A stretch of 58,099 nucleotides of DNA, taken from contig DATLDY010000074.1 in NCBI GenBank assembly GCA_035525655.1, forward strand, positions 1 to 58,099. Direction: 5' to 3'. The position numbers were made by a program, and so were the translations under genes. Under the pieces are notes generated by a model. The model was not told where the DNA came from, did no database searches, and was given only the letters and a program-made list of their open reading frames with translations. This document shows, in pieces, positions 37,393 through 48,319 of this stretch. Positions within the stretch are counted from its first letter, which is position 1; the number at the start of each line of letters is the position of its first letter. Origin of the DNA: Burkholderiales bacterium (lineage in GTDB: Bacteria; Pseudomonadota; Gammaproteobacteria; Burkholderiales; SG8-39).

Positions 37393-37995
37393 CTAGCGCG
37401 GCGGATTACCGAACGTGTATTGAGCGCCGACCATGAAGGTGTCAATGTTCTCGCGGTCGCCGCCCCCTGCCGGCAACTTGAACCGATAGCGATCCCAGTC
37501 GAGGCGGGCCGCCCAGCCGCGCGTGATCCCGATCTGGGCGCCCAAGCCGAAGCTCGGCCCCCAGCCGTTCTGGCTCGCGCCGCCGAATTCGGTATGCCCC
37601 CATAACGCGCCGAGCTTGCCGAACACGGAGGTGTTCATGCCCAGCGGAATGCCGGCGAGCACGGAGAAGTTCACCGCCTGCATATCCAACTCGCCGCCGA
37701 TGCTGCGGCTGAAGTCCTGGGTCTTCAGGTAGCTCAGTTCACCGCCGAACGTGTTGTTGAACTTGCCGCCGGCGAAGAGCTTGAAGGCGCCGGTGCGGTT
37801 GTCGCAGGTTGCACCGGGCGGGCACGCCACGTCGAGCTTCGCGCTGCCGATCTCGGCACCGACGTGCCCCGTGTTCCAGAAGCCGCTCTGGTAGGGCATC
37901 CGCCATCCATCACTGGGCTGCGCCGCCGCCGGGAGAGCGACACCAGTGGCGGTCAAGGCGAGTACTGCCAAGGCTGAGATTTTCACGATTGCCAT
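37393..37995 (-). CDS. small outer-membrane beta-barrel protein (OmpA-N/OmpW-like OMP_b-brl)
   Basis: 200 aa. Signal peptide ALAVLALTATGVALPAAA/QP. Gly/aromatic-rich amphipathic strands. C-terminal VGAQYTFGNPPR. Confidence 0.75.
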   Translation of the reverse strand: MAIVKISALAVLALTATGVALPAAAQPSDGWRMPYQSGFWNTGHVGAEIGSAKLDVACPPGATCDNRTGAFKLFAGGKFNNTFGGELSYLKTQDFSRSIGGELDMQAVNFSVLAGIPLGMNTSVFGKLGALWGHTEFGGASQNGWGPSFGLGAQIGITRGWAARLDWDRYRFKLPAGGGDRENIDTFMVGAQYTFGNPPR

Positions 37996-38176
37996 CCTGA
38001 AGTTTCGAATGGCGGAATGCTACGGGGCCGCTTTCCGGCCCGCCTAGTCAAGCAGACAATCATATTTCTGTCGCGCTGGCCATACGGCGGCGGCGCGCGA
38101 GACGCACGCGAGCGCTGCGCGCTAGGGGCGCGCAGCTTCTCTTGTAGGGGGGATTGCTAGGCGGGAATCGACGTTG

Positions 38177-39352
38177 CTACGCGGTGGCGTAGGAACGCAG
38201 GCGCTGCGAAAAATCGACGAGCGGAGCCAGGCCGCTCGCTTCAGCGCGACGGCACCAGTCCTGGAGCTGGCGCACGAGCTGCTCCTTCGATGCGTGCGAG
38301 CGGTCCCAGAGCGCGGCGAGATCCTCGCGCATGGTGAGAGTGACCTCCAGGGCGCGCGACTTCTTCAGCGCTTCCGACAATTTGGTGCTCTCGGCCCCAG
38401 CCATCGCCTGGCCCCGCAGCAGGGCACGCTTCAGCGAGCGGAGCACTTCGGCGTCGCTCGGCGACCAATGACGCAGCCGATCGACCTCATGGGCGTAGGT
38501 GCGCTGGGCGAGCTTGGCGTAGCGCGACAGCACGTCGTAGCGGTTGGCGATCACGGCCTGCACCGTATCGAGATCCACGGCGCGAGGCTCAGAGAAGCGC
38601 GGCTTGGGCGCCACTTTCTTTACCGTCGCCAGCCCCAGCGCAGAAAGAATGCAGATGTACATCCAGCCGATATCGAATTCGTACCACTTGGAGGACAGCT
38701 TCGCCGACGAGGCAAAGGCGTGGTGGTTGTTGTGCAGCTCTTCACCGCCGATGAGGATTCCCCATGGCACGATGTTGGTGCTCGCATCGGCCGCGTCGTA
38801 GGTTCGATAGCCGAAGAAGTGGCCTACGCCGTTGATCACGCCAGCAGCCCAGAAGGGAATCCAGGCTACCTGCGTTGCCCAGATCAGGAAGCCCGGCACG
38901 ATGCCGAACGCGACGAAGTCGATTGCGAGGAGCAGCGTGACGCCGGTCGTGGCGAAGCGCGAGTACACCTTTCGCTCCATCCAGTCGTCCGGCGTGCCGT
39001 GCCCATAACGCTCGACGGTGTCCTTGTTGTAGGACTCCTTGACGTACAGGAGCACCCCAGCCCAGAGCACCTTGTTGATGCCGTGCACCTGCGGGCTATG
39101 CGGATCCTCGGCGGTCTCGCATTTTGCGTGGTGCTTGCGGTGGATGGCAGCCCATTCCTTGGTGATCATCCCGGTCGTCAGCCAAAGCCACAACCGGAAG
39201 AAATGCGAAACCACCGGATGCAGCTCCAGCGCGCGGTGCGCCTGGCAGCGATGCAAGTAGATCGTGACTGCCGCGATCGTCACGTGAGTGAGCGCAAGCG
39301 CAACCAGCACTAGTCCCCACCAGGGGAGGTCAAACAAGCCGGAAAACATCAT
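38177..39352 (-). CDS. acyl-CoA/phospholipid delta-9 fatty acid desaturase (DesA-like)
   Basis: 391 aa. Three His boxes (HRCQAH, HRKHHAKCE, HNNHHAF), N-terminal TM hairpins and a long helical C-terminal extension as in Pseudomonas DesA. Confidence 0.88.
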   Translation of the reverse strand: MMFSGLFDLPWWGLVLVALALTHVTIAAVTIYLHRCQAHRALELHPVVSHFFRLWLWLTTGMITKEWAAIHRKHHAKCETAEDPHSPQVHGINKVLWAGVLLYVKESYNKDTVERYGHGTPDDWMERKVYSRFATTGVTLLLAIDFVAFGIVPGFLIWATQVAWIPFWAAGVINGVGHFFGYRTYDAADASTNIVPWGILIGGEELHNNHHAFASSAKLSSKWYEFDIGWMYICILSALGLATVKKVAPKPRFSEPRAVDLDTVQAVIANRYDVLSRYAKLAQRTYAHEVDRLRHWSPSDAEVLRSLKRALLRGQAMAGAESTKLSEALKKSRALEVTLTMREDLAALWDRSHASKEQLVRQLQDWCRRAEASGLAPLVDFSQRLRSYATA

Positions 39353-39501
39353 GTAATTAGGAGGCCTTTAGTAGTGATATTTGAGGCGTGCGGCATTGTA
39401 CGCGAACCGCTCACAAGCATGTAACTTTCGGGCCGGAAACATCTTTTTCTGGAAGAAGTACATACACGGCACGAGGGCGGTCGTGTACGCACGACGCACC
39501 C

Positions 39502-40746
39502 TCACGCGCGCTCGAATGCCGCGGCGAAAAAGCCATCCGTACCGTGCACATGCGGCCACAGCCGCAACCGCTCTCCGGTATCGATTTCGATCCTGTGCGC
39601 GGCAAGTATCCGCGCGCAAGAAAGCGGCTTGAAGTCTGCATGCGCGGATTGGAACGCATCGACGATTTCCTCGTTCTCCTCGCGCAGCACGCTGCACGTG
39701 GCATACAGGAGGCGCCCGCCCGGTTTCACCAGCCGGGACGCGGACGCCAGGATGCGCATCTGCTTTTGCGAAAGCTCGCTTACTGCGCCGGCGGCGTGAC
39801 GCCACTTCAGATCCGGGTTGCGCCGCAGGGTGCCGAATCCGCTGCAGGGTGCGTCCACCAACACCCGCTCCAGCTTGCCCGCCAGGCGCTTTGCGCGCGC
39901 ATCGTTGTCGCTGGCGAGCGCGATCGAATGGATGTTGCTCACCTGCGCACGCGCAGCGCGCGCGGCGAGCGCGCTTAGGCGCTTGGCGGATACGTCCATG
40001 GCGTAGATGCGTCCGGCGCCGCGCATCAGCATCGCGAGCGCCAGGGTCTTGCCGCCCGCGCCGGCACAGTAGTCGGCGATCATCTCGCCGCGCCGGGGCG
40101 CAAGCAGCCAGGCGAGGATCTGGCTGCCTTCGTCTTGGACTTCAATCAGCCCGTCGGCGAAAAGCGGGTGATGGTTGATAGCGGGCTTGCCCGCGAGCCG
40201 CACGCCGGCGGGGGAGTAAGGCGTCGCGACGGCTTCTATTCCGTCGTTCGCCAGGCGAGCGAGCACCTCCTCGCGTGCCGCGCGGGCGAGGTTGACGCGC
40301 AGGTCGAGGGTCGCGGCATTGAGGAGGCCTTGCGCCATGCGCATCGCCTCGTCGCGCCCGTGGGCAGTTTCGAGCTTCAGCCATAGCCAGTCCGGCAGCT
40401 CGGCGCGTACGGCATCGGGCATGGCGTCGCTTCGCGCCGTGCGAATGCGGCGCAGCAAGTCCTCTGCCACCAGGCCCTCCAGCGCGCGCGCGGAGATGCC
40501 CAGAACGCGAAGCAGCGCTCCGGCGAGCAGTGCCCGCGGCTCCGTGGAAGCGGTGGCGGCTTCCAGCGACCGGCGCCGGCGCAGGACCGCGAAAGTCGAT
40601 TCGGCGATGAAGCCGCGCTCCTTCTGTCCGAGCTCACGCCGGCTGCGGAAATAACGCGAAAGCGTCTGGTCGGCCGGACCGTCGAGACGCAGGAGCTCCT
40701 TAAGCGCGGTCTCGGCGTGGCCGAGGAGCGCTCCGGTGATCCTCAC
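39502..40746 (-). CDS. rsmB: RsmB/NOP2/Sun-family SAM-dependent RNA m5C methyltransferase
   Basis: 414 aa from GTG 40746 (V33 of the track ORF), overlapping the upstream stop (GTGA). DYCAGAGGKT, VLVDAPCSGFGTLRR and LLYATCS are present. Confidence 0.85.
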   Translation of the reverse strand: MRITGALLGHAETALKELLRLDGPADQTLSRYFRSRRELGQKERGFIAESTFAVLRRRRSLEAATASTEPRALLAGALLRVLGISARALEGLVAEDLLRRIRTARSDAMPDAVRAELPDWLWLKLETAHGRDEAMRMAQGLLNAATLDLRVNLARAAREEVLARLANDGIEAVATPYSPAGVRLAGKPAINHHPLFADGLIEVQDEGSQILAWLLAPRRGEMIADYCAGAGGKTLALAMLMRGAGRIYAMDVSAKRLSALAARAARAQVSNIHSIALASDNDARAKRLAGKLERVLVDAPCSGFGTLRRNPDLKWRHAAGAVSELSQKQMRILASASRLVKPGGRLLYATCSVLREENEEIVDAFQSAHADFKPLSCARILAAHRIEIDTGERLRLWPHVHGTDGFFAAAFERA

Positions 40747-41417
40747 GGCGAGATTCGAATCGCGACCTGGTCGTACCGGTTGCCGTCCTTCTCGACGACG
40801 AGCAGCCTCAGCGGGACGAAATTGCGCTGCACCGCGAGCCACAGCTCGGCCGTCTCGCGATCGTCGCCCTGCCGCGTGACCTTGATGGCCTCGAATTCGC
40901 CGACCGGAACGCTGATCCGCTCGCGCCCGCCGAGCTTGTACGTGTGGCGCGACAGGCCTTTACCGTCGGCGATGCTGTAGCTCACGGAATCGCCATTGCC
41001 GGGCAATAGCGTCAACGCGAACAGGAACGAAAGCCGGTCCTGCGCGTTTGGCGGGAGCGGCTCGCTTGCCCGATTACCCTTGTACTGCATGGTCAGCGTT
41101 TGCGCGGTCCAGTCGAACCAGGCGCGTGCCGTGTCGCGGCCCGAGCGCTCGTCGAAGAATTCGCGCGGACGCAGGACGCTCTTGACGATCGTGCCCTGGC
41201 TGACGCGGCGCGCGTTGCCGAGAAGGGCGTACATACCCTTTCCCTTCCACGTTTCGGTCAGCTGATAATTCCCCGCCGAGTATTCCAGGCGCTCGACCAC
41301 CTCGGCCATGGCGGAGCCGTTGCGCGTGAGCAGATAAGCCACCTCCAGTCGGGGAGGGGGTTCTGCCCCGGCCACGCCGGCGACGCTAATCAGCAGCAGC
41401 CATAACCAGTTGCGCAT
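40743..41417 (-). CDS. DUF3108 domain-containing protein (secreted)
   Basis: 224 aa with a signal peptide LLLISVAGVAGA/EP. The beta-rich sequence and the position between purN and rsmB are both typical of DUF3108 in betaproteobacteria (from recollection). Confidence 0.7.
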   Translation of the reverse strand: MRNWLWLLLISVAGVAGAEPPPRLEVAYLLTRNGSAMAEVVERLEYSAGNYQLTETWKGKGMYALLGNARRVSQGTIVKSVLRPREFFDERSGRDTARAWFDWTAQTLTMQYKGNRASEPLPPNAQDRLSFLFALTLLPGNGDSVSYSIADGKGLSRHTYKLGGRERISVPVGEFEAIKVTRQGDDRETAELWLAVQRNFVPLRLLVVEKDGNRYDQVAIRISP

Positions 41418-42000
41418 CGTCTCCCTTAACTCTTACCACGCCGTTTTGGATGACCAGCCTGCCCTCGAGGAACCACTGGACCGCTCGGGGGTAAATCACA
41501 TGCTCCTGCCGCAGCACGCGCTCGGCAAGCGCGTCGGGCGCTTCTCCGTGCCGCACCGGGATGGCAGCCTGGATGACGATCGGGCCGCCGTCGAGCTCCG
41601 CAGTGACGAAGTGCACCGTGCAGCCATGCAGCTTTACGCCGGCCGCGAGTGCGCGCTCGTGCGTGTGCAGCCCCGCAAAAGCCGGCAGCAGCGAAGGATG
41701 GATATTGAACATGCGCTCGCGGTAGCGCGCGACGAAGCCCGGCGTGAGGACGCGCATGAAACCGGCGAGCACCAGCAGGCGAGGCGAAAAGCCCTCGATC
41801 TCGCGCTCGAGCGCTTTCTCGAAAGCCTCGCGCGAGCTGAAATCGCGGTGCTCGACCACGCGCGCGGCAATGCCATGGGCGCGGGCGAAATCGAGCCCTT
41901 TCGCGTCGGCGCGGTTGCTCACCACGGCGGACACTGGCAGGCCGGCCTGCACGAGCGCCTGCATGTTGCTGCCACGGCCGGAAATGAGCACGACGATCAA
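41386..42000 (-). CDS. purN: phosphoribosylglycinamide formyltransferase
   Basis: 204 aa with a TTG start. VVLISGRGSNMQAL, LAGFMRVL, NIHPSLLP and GCTVHFVT are present. Confidence 0.94.
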   Translation of the reverse strand: MIVVLISGRGSNMQALVQAGLPVSAVVSNRADAKGLDFARAHGIAARVVEHRDFSSREAFEKALEREIEGFSPRLLVLAGFMRVLTPGFVARYRERMFNIHPSLLPAFAGLHTHERALAAGVKLHGCTVHFVTAELDGGPIVIQAAIPVRHGEAPDALAERVLRQEHVIYPRAVQWFLEGRLVIQNGVVRVKGDDAQLVMAAAD

Positions 42001-42876
42001 TCAGAACACCCGCGTGGCGCGATAGCCGTCCTGCTCGAGCAGCGCCAGGACGCCGCGCCGGCCATGGAGGTGCAATGCGCCGAGGGCCACGAAGGCCTCG
42101 CCCCTGCGCAGTTCGCGCTGCATGCGATACGCCATGACGACGCTGCGGTCGTGGAGCACGCGCTTCGTCATGACCGCCTGGTGCGGCGCGATTTCGGGAT
42201 AGCGGGCGGCGAACTGCTCGCGCAATAGCCAGATCGCGGAAAGATCGCGCTCGAGATACGCATCGACAGTACGCCGAGCGAGATCGAGGATCTCGCTGCG
42301 ATGCGCCAGGCTGTGGCGCAGGAGCGCGACCTGCGATTCGAGGGGGCACTCGTCGAACGTGAAGATCTGCTCTTCGACGCCTTCGATTTGGCCGATCAGC
42401 ATGCGGCGCTGCCGGGCGAGCTCGACGAGCTGGCTGTCCACGGTGGTGGCATGCACGGGGCGCGGGGCGCGCAGGTTGAGAAGCACGCCCCACGGCTTGA
42501 GCTTGTTGACGAATTCGCGTGACAGGCCGATAGGCGCGAGCTCGTCCAGCACGCGGGCGAAATCAGCGGCGCCAACGTGCTGCTCGAGCGTCTGGCGATC
42601 GGAGAACAGGGCCGCTTCGAGGAAGCGCTCCTGCGCATAGGCATCGGGCAGGAACTCGACCATCAGGCTCTTCGAGCGCGCGAGCGCGCCGCGTACCGGG
42701 ACCGGCAGCTCGGCGAGGCGCGGGTCCGGGTCGTGGATGGTGCCGAATACGTGGCTCGGCGCGCCCCCTTGTTTCGTCACCCGCCAAAGGAGCCCGCGCG
42801 TGAAAGGGTCCGCATTCGCTGCCGCCGGTAGTACAGCGAGCGCCGCCATGCCTGCGACGAAAGCGCGTCGGTTCAT
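42001..42876 (-). CDS. TraB/GumN family protein (secreted)
   Basis: 291 aa from ATG 42876, overlapping the fumC stop (ATGA). Signal peptide, then LLWRVTK...SHVFGTIH and the C-terminal [10 protein letters not shown] motif. Confidence 0.78.
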   Translation of the reverse strand: MNRRAFVAGMAALAVLPAAANADPFTRGLLWRVTKQGGAPSHVFGTIHDPDPRLAELPVPVRGALARSKSLMVEFLPDAYAQERFLEAALFSDRQTLEQHVGAADFARVLDELAPIGLSREFVNKLKPWGVLLNLRAPRPVHATTVDSQLVELARQRRMLIGQIEGVEEQIFTFDECPLESQVALLRHSLAHRSEILDLARRTVDAYLERDLSAIWLLREQFAARYPEIAPHQAVMTKRVLHDRSVVMAYRMQRELRRGEAFVALGALHLHGRRGVLALLEQDGYRATRVF

Positions 42877-44282
42877 GCGGTGGGGCCGATCATCGCTTCG
42901 GGGCGAACCCAGCGATCGAAGTCCTCGGCGCTCACGTAGCCGAGAGCGAGCGCCGCTTCGCGCAATGTCGTGCCTTCGCGATGCGCCTTCTTGGCGATCT
43001 CGGCCGAACGGTCGTAGCCGATGTGCGGTGATAGCGCCGTGACCAGCATCAGCGAGCGCTTCAGCAGCTCGGCAATGCGGCCGGCATCGGCTTCGATGCC
43101 GCGAGCGCAATGCTCCTCGAAAGAGCGGCATCCGTCGCCGAGCAGCCGCGCGCTTTGCAGGAACGCATGGATGATGAGCGGCTTGTAGACGTTGAGCTCG
43201 AGGTGCCCGGATGCACCGCCGATATTCACCGCGACGTCGTTGGCCATGACCTGCGCGCACAGCATGGTGAGCGCTTCGGCCTGCGTCGGGTTGACCTTCC
43301 CCGGCATGATGGAGCTGCCGGGCTCGTTTTCGGGGATGCGCAGCTCGCCCAGCCCGGAACGCGGACCGGACGAGAGCAAGCGCACGTCGTTCGCGATCTT
43401 GAAAAGAGCGGTGGCGAGGGTCTTCATTGCGCCATGCGCGAACACGAGTGCCTCGTGGCCGGCGAGCGCGGCGAACTTGTTCGGCGCCTCGGTGAAGGCA
43501 AGCTGGGTCTGCGCGCCAATCCGCTCGCAAACCCGTCGGGCAAATTCGGGATGCGCGTTGAGCCCCGTGCCGACTGCCGTGCCGCCGATCGCCAGTCGGC
43601 AAAGGCCCGGGAGGACCGCGCGCAGCGCCGCCTGCGCCTGCTCCAGCTGATCGACATAGCCGGAGAATTCCTGTCCGAGCGACAGCGGCGTGGCGTCCTG
43701 CAGGTGCGTGCGACCGATCTTGATCACGGCGGCGAACGCGTCGCGCTTCTTCGCAAGGGTCGCGCGCAGCACTTCCGTCGCCGGCAGCAGATCGTCGTGC
43801 ACGGCGCGCGCAGCGGCGATGTGCATCGCCGTCGGAAAAACATCATTCGACGACTGGCCCATGTTGACGTCGTCGTTGGGATGCACCAGGCGCTTCTCGC
43901 CGCGCTCACCTCCCAGCAGCTCGGAGGCGCGGTTAGCCAGCACCTCGTTCACGTTCATGTTGCTCTGGGTGCCGGAGCCGGTCTGCCACACGACAAGCGG
44001 GAATTCGTCGTCGTGCCGGCCGGCGAGAATCTCGTCGGCCGCACGCGCGATGGCGTCGGCCTTGCGTTTATCAAGCAGTCCGAGGGAGGCATTCACGTCC
44101 GCGGCGCCCTTCTTGGTGCGGGCGAGGGCATGGATGACGGCCAGCGGCATGCGCTCGCCCGAGATGCGGAAGAAGCGGCGGCTGCGCTCGGTCTGCGCGC
44201 CCCACAGCCGGTCGGCGGGGACCTCGATGGGGCCGAAGCTGTCTTTTTCGGTTCTGCTTTTTCCGATCGGTGTGCCGGCCAT
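42873..44282 (-). CDS. fumC: class II fumarate hydratase
   Basis: 469 aa. [13 protein letters not shown] signature and [12 protein letters not shown] are present. Confidence 0.97.
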   Translation of the reverse strand: MAGTPIGKSRTEKDSFGPIEVPADRLWGAQTERSRRFFRISGERMPLAVIHALARTKKGAADVNASLGLLDKRKADAIARAADEILAGRHDDEFPLVVWQTGSGTQSNMNVNEVLANRASELLGGERGEKRLVHPNDDVNMGQSSNDVFPTAMHIAAARAVHDDLLPATEVLRATLAKKRDAFAAVIKIGRTHLQDATPLSLGQEFSGYVDQLEQAQAALRAVLPGLCRLAIGGTAVGTGLNAHPEFARRVCERIGAQTQLAFTEAPNKFAALAGHEALVFAHGAMKTLATALFKIANDVRLLSSGPRSGLGELRIPENEPGSSIMPGKVNPTQAEALTMLCAQVMANDVAVNIGGASGHLELNVYKPLIIHAFLQSARLLGDGCRSFEEHCARGIEADAGRIAELLKRSLMLVTALSPHIGYDRSAEIAKKAHREGTTLREAALALGYVSAEDFDRWVRPEAMIGPTA

Positions 44283-44294
44283 CCCGGCGCTATG

Positions 44295-44990
44295 TTACGG
44301 CAGGTCGAACAGCAGCACTTCCGCCTTGTCGCCGGCCGAGAAAGAGAGCGTGCGCTCATCGGTTTTCAGGGCGTCACCGGCTTCCAGGCGTTCGCCGTTC
44401 ACGGTGAGGCCGCCCCGGGCCAAGTGCACATAGGCCCGGCGACCGGCTGGCAGCGTGTAGTCCGCGCTCTCGGCGCCATCGAACATCCCGGCATAAAGCC
44501 GCGCATCCTGGTGGATCTTCACCGAGCCCTGTGCCGCGTCCGGCGACGCGATGAGCCGCAGGCGCCCGCGCTTTTCGCTCTCGCCAAAGCGCTTCTGCTC
44601 GTACGAGGGCGCGATGCCGGCGACGTTCGGCTCGATCCAGATCTGCAGGAAGTGCGTAGTGCCGCTCTTGCTCTCGTTGTACTCGCTGTGCCGCACGCCG
44701 CTGCCGGCGCTCATGCGCTGCACGTCGCCCGGCACGATGGTGGAGCCGGTGCCCATCGAGTCCTTGTGAGCGAGGGCACCCTCGAGCACGTAGCTGATGA
44801 TCTCCATGTCGCGATGGCCGTGTGTGCCGAAGCCGGCGCCCGCCTGCACCCGGTCTTCGTTGATCACGCGCAGGGGCCCGTAGCCCATGTGCCGCGGGTC
44901 GTGGAAATCCGCGAAAGAGAACGTGTGGAACGAGCGCAGCCAGCCGTGGTCGGCGTACCCGCGCTCGGCGGCGCGCCGCAGTTCCCTCAT
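44295..44990 (-). CDS. pirin family protein
   Basis: 231 aa. GFGTHGHRDMEIISYVLEG is the cupin metal site. Bicupin length. Confidence 0.9.
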   Translation of the reverse strand: MRELRRAAERGYADHGWLRSFHTFSFADFHDPRHMGYGPLRVINEDRVQAGAGFGTHGHRDMEIISYVLEGALAHKDSMGTGSTIVPGDVQRMSAGSGVRHSEYNESKSGTTHFLQIWIEPNVAGIAPSYEQKRFGESEKRGRLRLIASPDAAQGSVKIHQDARLYAGMFDGAESADYTLPAGRRAYVHLARGGLTVNGERLEAGDALKTDERTLSFSAGDKAEVLLFDLP

Positions 44991-45352
44991 TTCTGCTGTT
45001 GTGCGGCGATCTCCGCGTGGACCTTGGCCATGTCCAACGCCTTCGCCTGCGCGATCACCTGCTCCAGCGCATTGCCGGGCAGCGCGCCGGCCTGCTGGAA
45101 AAGAATCACCTTGTCACGGAACACCATGAGCGTGGGAATCGAGCGGATACCGAACGAGCCGGCCAGCTCCTGCTGGTCGTCGGTGTTCACTTTCGCGAAC
45201 ACGACGTCGGTATGCGTCTCGGACGCTTTTTCGTAGACCGGCGCAAAGCCCTTGCACGGACCGCACCACGGCGCCCAGAAATCGACGATCACCATCGCAT
45301 TGTCGTTGACGGTTTTTTCGAAGTTTTCCTGCGTGAGATCGACGGTCGCCAC
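44987..45352 (-). CDS. thioredoxin with a short C-terminal extension
   Basis: 121 aa from GTG 45352 with a GGAAGGA Shine-Dalgarno. VDFWAPWCGPCK active site. The stop overlaps the pirin start by 4 nt. Confidence 0.85.
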   Translation of the reverse strand: MATVDLTQENFEKTVNDNAMVIVDFWAPWCGPCKGFAPVYEKASETHTDVVFAKVNTDDQQELAGSFGIRSIPTLMVFRDKVILFQQAGALPGNALEQVIAQAKALDMAKVHAEIAAQQQK

Positions 45353-45397
45353 GAGCGCGTCCTTCCAAAAAAAGGGGGCAGTGTACTCTAGACAATC

Positions 45398-46249
45398 ATG
45401 TACACCGGGCGGTTCGCGCCCTCCCCCACCGGGCCGCTCCACATGGGCTCGCTGGTCGCGGCACTGGCGAGCTGGCTCGATGCGCGCGCGGCCGGCGGAC
45501 GCTGGCTCGTGCGCATCGAAGACCTTGATCGGCCGCGTTGCGTGCCCGGCGCCGCGCAGGCCATCCTCGACGGCCTCGAGCGGCTCGGGCTGCATTGGGA
45601 TGGCGAAGTCGTGTACCAGAGCGCTCGGACCGATCTTTATCGCGCGGCCCTGGGTCAGCTACGGCGGCATACCTATTGGTGCGGCTGCACGCGGCGCGAG
45701 ATCGCCGACTCGTCGCTGGGGCTGGCGAGCGACGGGGCCCGTATCTACCCGGGAACCTGCCGCGCCGGCACGGCACGCGCGGCGCGCGCCTTGCGGTTGC
45801 AGACATCCCCCGACGTGATCGCTTTCGAAGATCGCGTGCAGGGCCCGCAACAGCAGGTGCTTGAGCGCGACATCGGCGATTTCGTCCTGCATCGGGCCGA
45901 CGGCCTGTTCGCCTATCAGCTCGCCGTGGTGGTCGACGACGCCGAGCAAGGCATTACCGACGTGGTGCGCGGCGCGGACCTCCTCGATTCGACGCCGCGT
46001 CAGATATATCTGCAGCGCCTTCTAAGCTTGCCGGTTCCGCATTACCTGCACGTGCCGGTCGCCGTCGACGCAAGCGGCGAGAAACTGTCGAAGCACAGCG
46101 GTGCGCCGCCGATCGAGTCGACCGTAGCTACGCTACGCAGAGCGCTGCGCTTTCTCGGCCAGCCGGATGCCACCACGCTGGCTCAGGCGGTGCGCAACTG
46201 GCAGCCGGCCCTCATTTCGCGCCGCCGCGCGCTGGCATTACCACCGTAG
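45398..46249 (+). CDS. gluQ: tRNA glutamyl-Q(34) synthetase
   Basis: 283 aa. [14 protein letters not shown] (HIGH-type), RIEDLD and KLSKH (KMSKS-type) are present. Truncated GluRS paralogue length. Confidence 0.92.
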   Translation: MYTGRFAPSPTGPLHMGSLVAALASWLDARAAGGRWLVRIEDLDRPRCVPGAAQAILDGLERLGLHWDGEVVYQSARTDLYRAALGQLRRHTYWCGCTRREIADSSLGLASDGARIYPGTCRAGTARAARALRLQTSPDVIAFEDRVQGPQQQVLERDIGDFVLHRADGLFAYQLAVVVDDAEQGITDVVRGADLLDSTPRQIYLQRLLSLPVPHYLHVPVAVDASGEKLSKHSGAPPIESTVATLRRALRFLGQPDATTLAQAVRNWQPALISRRRALALPP

Positions 46250-47117
46250 CGAGCGATCCCAGGACGAGGCCGAGCGCGGCCAGCTCGGCGACGCTCGGCC
46301 GCTCGCCGAGAAACAGGATGCCGCCCACCACCGCGACGGCGGGGATGATCAGCATGCTGAGAGAAAAAACGCTGACCGACACCGACGTGGCGAGCTTGAT
46401 CCACGCCCAGTGCGCGAAGGCGAAGGCGATGAACACGTTGTAAGCGGTGCCGAAAAAGGCCCGCATGCCGATGTCGCCGAGGGCCCGCGGATCTTCGAGC
46501 AGCGCTGCCCCGATGAAGATCGGTACGCCGCCCAGAAGCATGATCCACGCAGTGTACGGTCCGGGCGCCATGGAGACCGGATACTTCTTTTGCAGGACGG
46601 CGCCGAGCGCCCAGCTCACCGCAGCGCCCAGCACGAGCAGCGAGCCGAGGGGCGCCGAGCCGATTGCCGCATAGCCGTCACCGATGAGAAGCGCGAGTCC
46701 CACGAGCCCCAAGGCCAGGCCGACTCCCTTGGCGAGCGTCAGTCGCTCCCCAAGCAGCCATACCGACAAAGGAATGGCGAGCGCGGGCATCGTATAGGCG
46801 AGGATCGACGCGCGGCCTGACGGGATCATGGTCAGGCCGTACGCCACGAGAATGTTCCAGCCCGTGATATTCAGCAGCGCCAGCATCGAAAGGCGCAGCC
46901 ACTGCCCGCGCGGCCACGGAATCTTCTGACCGCCCAGGTGCAGCACGAGGAACAGGACTGCCGAGCCCAGTCCCAGGCACAGCGAGCGGAAAGTCCAGGG
47001 CGGCACCTCGGCGAGCGAGAGCTTCATCGCCGTCCAGTTGAACCCCCATGCCAGCGTAAGGGCGCCGAGCAGCCACCACAGCCGCACCGGCAGGTGATCG
47101 GCTTCCCGCTGGGTCAA
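46212..47117 (-). CDS. DMT-superfamily transporter (EamA family)
   Basis: 301 aa from TTG 47117, overlapping the P450 stop (TTGA). 10 TM segments with two EamA repeats. Confidence 0.82.
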   Translation of the reverse strand: MTQREADHLPVRLWWLLGALTLAWGFNWTAMKLSLAEVPPWTFRSLCLGLGSAVLFLVLHLGGQKIPWPRGQWLRLSMLALLNITGWNILVAYGLTMIPSGRASILAYTMPALAIPLSVWLLGERLTLAKGVGLALGLVGLALLIGDGYAAIGSAPLGSLLVLGAAVSWALGAVLQKKYPVSMAPGPYTAWIMLLGGVPIFIGAALLEDPRALGDIGMRAFFGTAYNVFIAFAFAHWAWIKLATSVSVSVFSLSMLIIPAVAVVGGILFLGERPSVAELAALGLVLGSLATVVMPARGGAK

Positions 47118-48319
47118 GCGCGAACGCGGATCGGAAAGGCTGTCATGCCGCGCAACACCATCGAGTCCATCCATTCGAGGTGTCCGGGCGCGGGCTCGAT
47201 CTCCCGCCAGCGCGCGAGCACTGCCGGCAGCGCGACCTGCCCTTCAAGACGCGCGAGCGGAAAACCCAGGCAGATATGCGGCCCGAAGCCGAAGGTCAGG
47301 TGCGGTACGCCGTGGCGCTCGAGGTCGAGGCGATCCGGGTCCGGATACGCGCGCGGATCGCGGTTCGCCGCATTCATCAGCACGAATACGCGGTCGCCGG
47401 GTTTGAATGTCCGGCCATGGAAAACCTGCTCCTCCTGCGCGATGCGCACCTGCGCGCCGATCGGGCCGTCGTAGCGCAGCAGCTCCTCGACGGCAGCGGG
47501 CGCGAGCGCGGGGTTGGCGCGCAGTTTCTCGAGCTCCGCCGGAAACCGCATCAACGCCGCGAGGCCGTTTGCAATGTGGTGGGTGGTGGTCTCATGGCCG
47601 GCGAACAGAAGAAGCACACAGGTCGCCACGAGCTCGTCGTCGCTGAGCCGGTCGCCGCCATCGTCGAGATGGACAAGCTCGCTTAGCAGGTCCGTCCTCG
47701 GCTGCGCCCGGCGCGCCGCAATCAGCGAACGGAAAAGCCCGGCCATCTCGTGCGTGGCGGCCTGGGCGCGGTCGTATTTCCCCGCGGTATCGCGCGCGCT
47801 GCCGATGAAGAGGGCCATCTCATCGGAAAGGTGCTTGAGCCGGGTGAGCTCGCTGCGCGGCACGCCGAGCATGTCCATGATCACCAGCTGCGGCAGGGGG
47901 CCGGCGAAATCGGCGATGAAATCGAAAGTGTCGCGCTCCCCGATGCGCCCGAGGAGCCAAGCCGTGAGCGCTTCCACGTTCGGGCGCAGTGCATTGATCG
48001 AGCGCACATGAAACACGCGGCTGGCGAGGCGCCTCAGGCGGGTGTGTTCTGGCGGATCGCGGAACACCATCCACAGCGTTAGCACGCGGATGAGGTCAAC
48101 CATCCGCCCCGCTTCGGCGGGCGGCAGGCTGGCGAAAAAGGGGCGCAGGCGGTCCGAGGACATGCGACTGTCCAGGCATACGCGCCTGACGTCTTCGTAA
48201 CGCGTCAGCACCCACGCTTTCAGGATCGGGCTCCAGTGCGCCGGATCCTCGTCCCGCAGGCGGGCGTAAACCGGGAACGGGTCGGCCAGGACGGCGGGAT
48301 CAGTCGGGACGTAGTCCAT
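47114..48319 (-). CDS. cytochrome P450
   Basis: 401 aa. I-helix LLLFAGHETT, EXXR (EELLR) and heme loop FGFGPHICLGFPLA are present. Confidence 0.93.
   Translation of the reverse strand: MDYVPTDPAVLADPFPVYARLRDEDPAHWSPILKAWVLTRYEDVRRVCLDSRMSSDRLRPFFASLPPAEAGRMVDLIRVLTLWMVFRDPPEHTRLRRLASRVFHVRSINALRPNVEALTAWLLGRIGERDTFDFIADFAGPLPQLVIMDMLGVPRSELTRLKHLSDEMALFIGSARDTAGKYDRAQAATHEMAGLFRSLIAARRAQPRTDLLSELVHLDDGGDRLSDDELVATCVLLLFAGHETTTHHIANGLAALMRFPAELEKLRANPALAPAAVEELLRYDGPIGAQVRIAQEEQVFHGRTFKPGDRVFVLMNAANRDPRAYPDPDRLDLERHGVPHLTFGFGPHICLGFPLARLEGQVALPAVLARWREIEPAPGHLEWMDSMVLRGMTAFPIRVRA

Noticed and set aside
39359-39424. A perfect AGGAGG, then 9 nt later a GTG-initiated 16-codon plus-strand mini-ORF (MIFEACGIVREPLTSM), directly abutting the desaturase start.
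   Set aside because: It is too short to evaluate, has low GC3 and no recognisable peptide features, and lies in the AT-rich promoter region of the desaturase. It is probably coincidental and cannot be supported without Ribo-seq.
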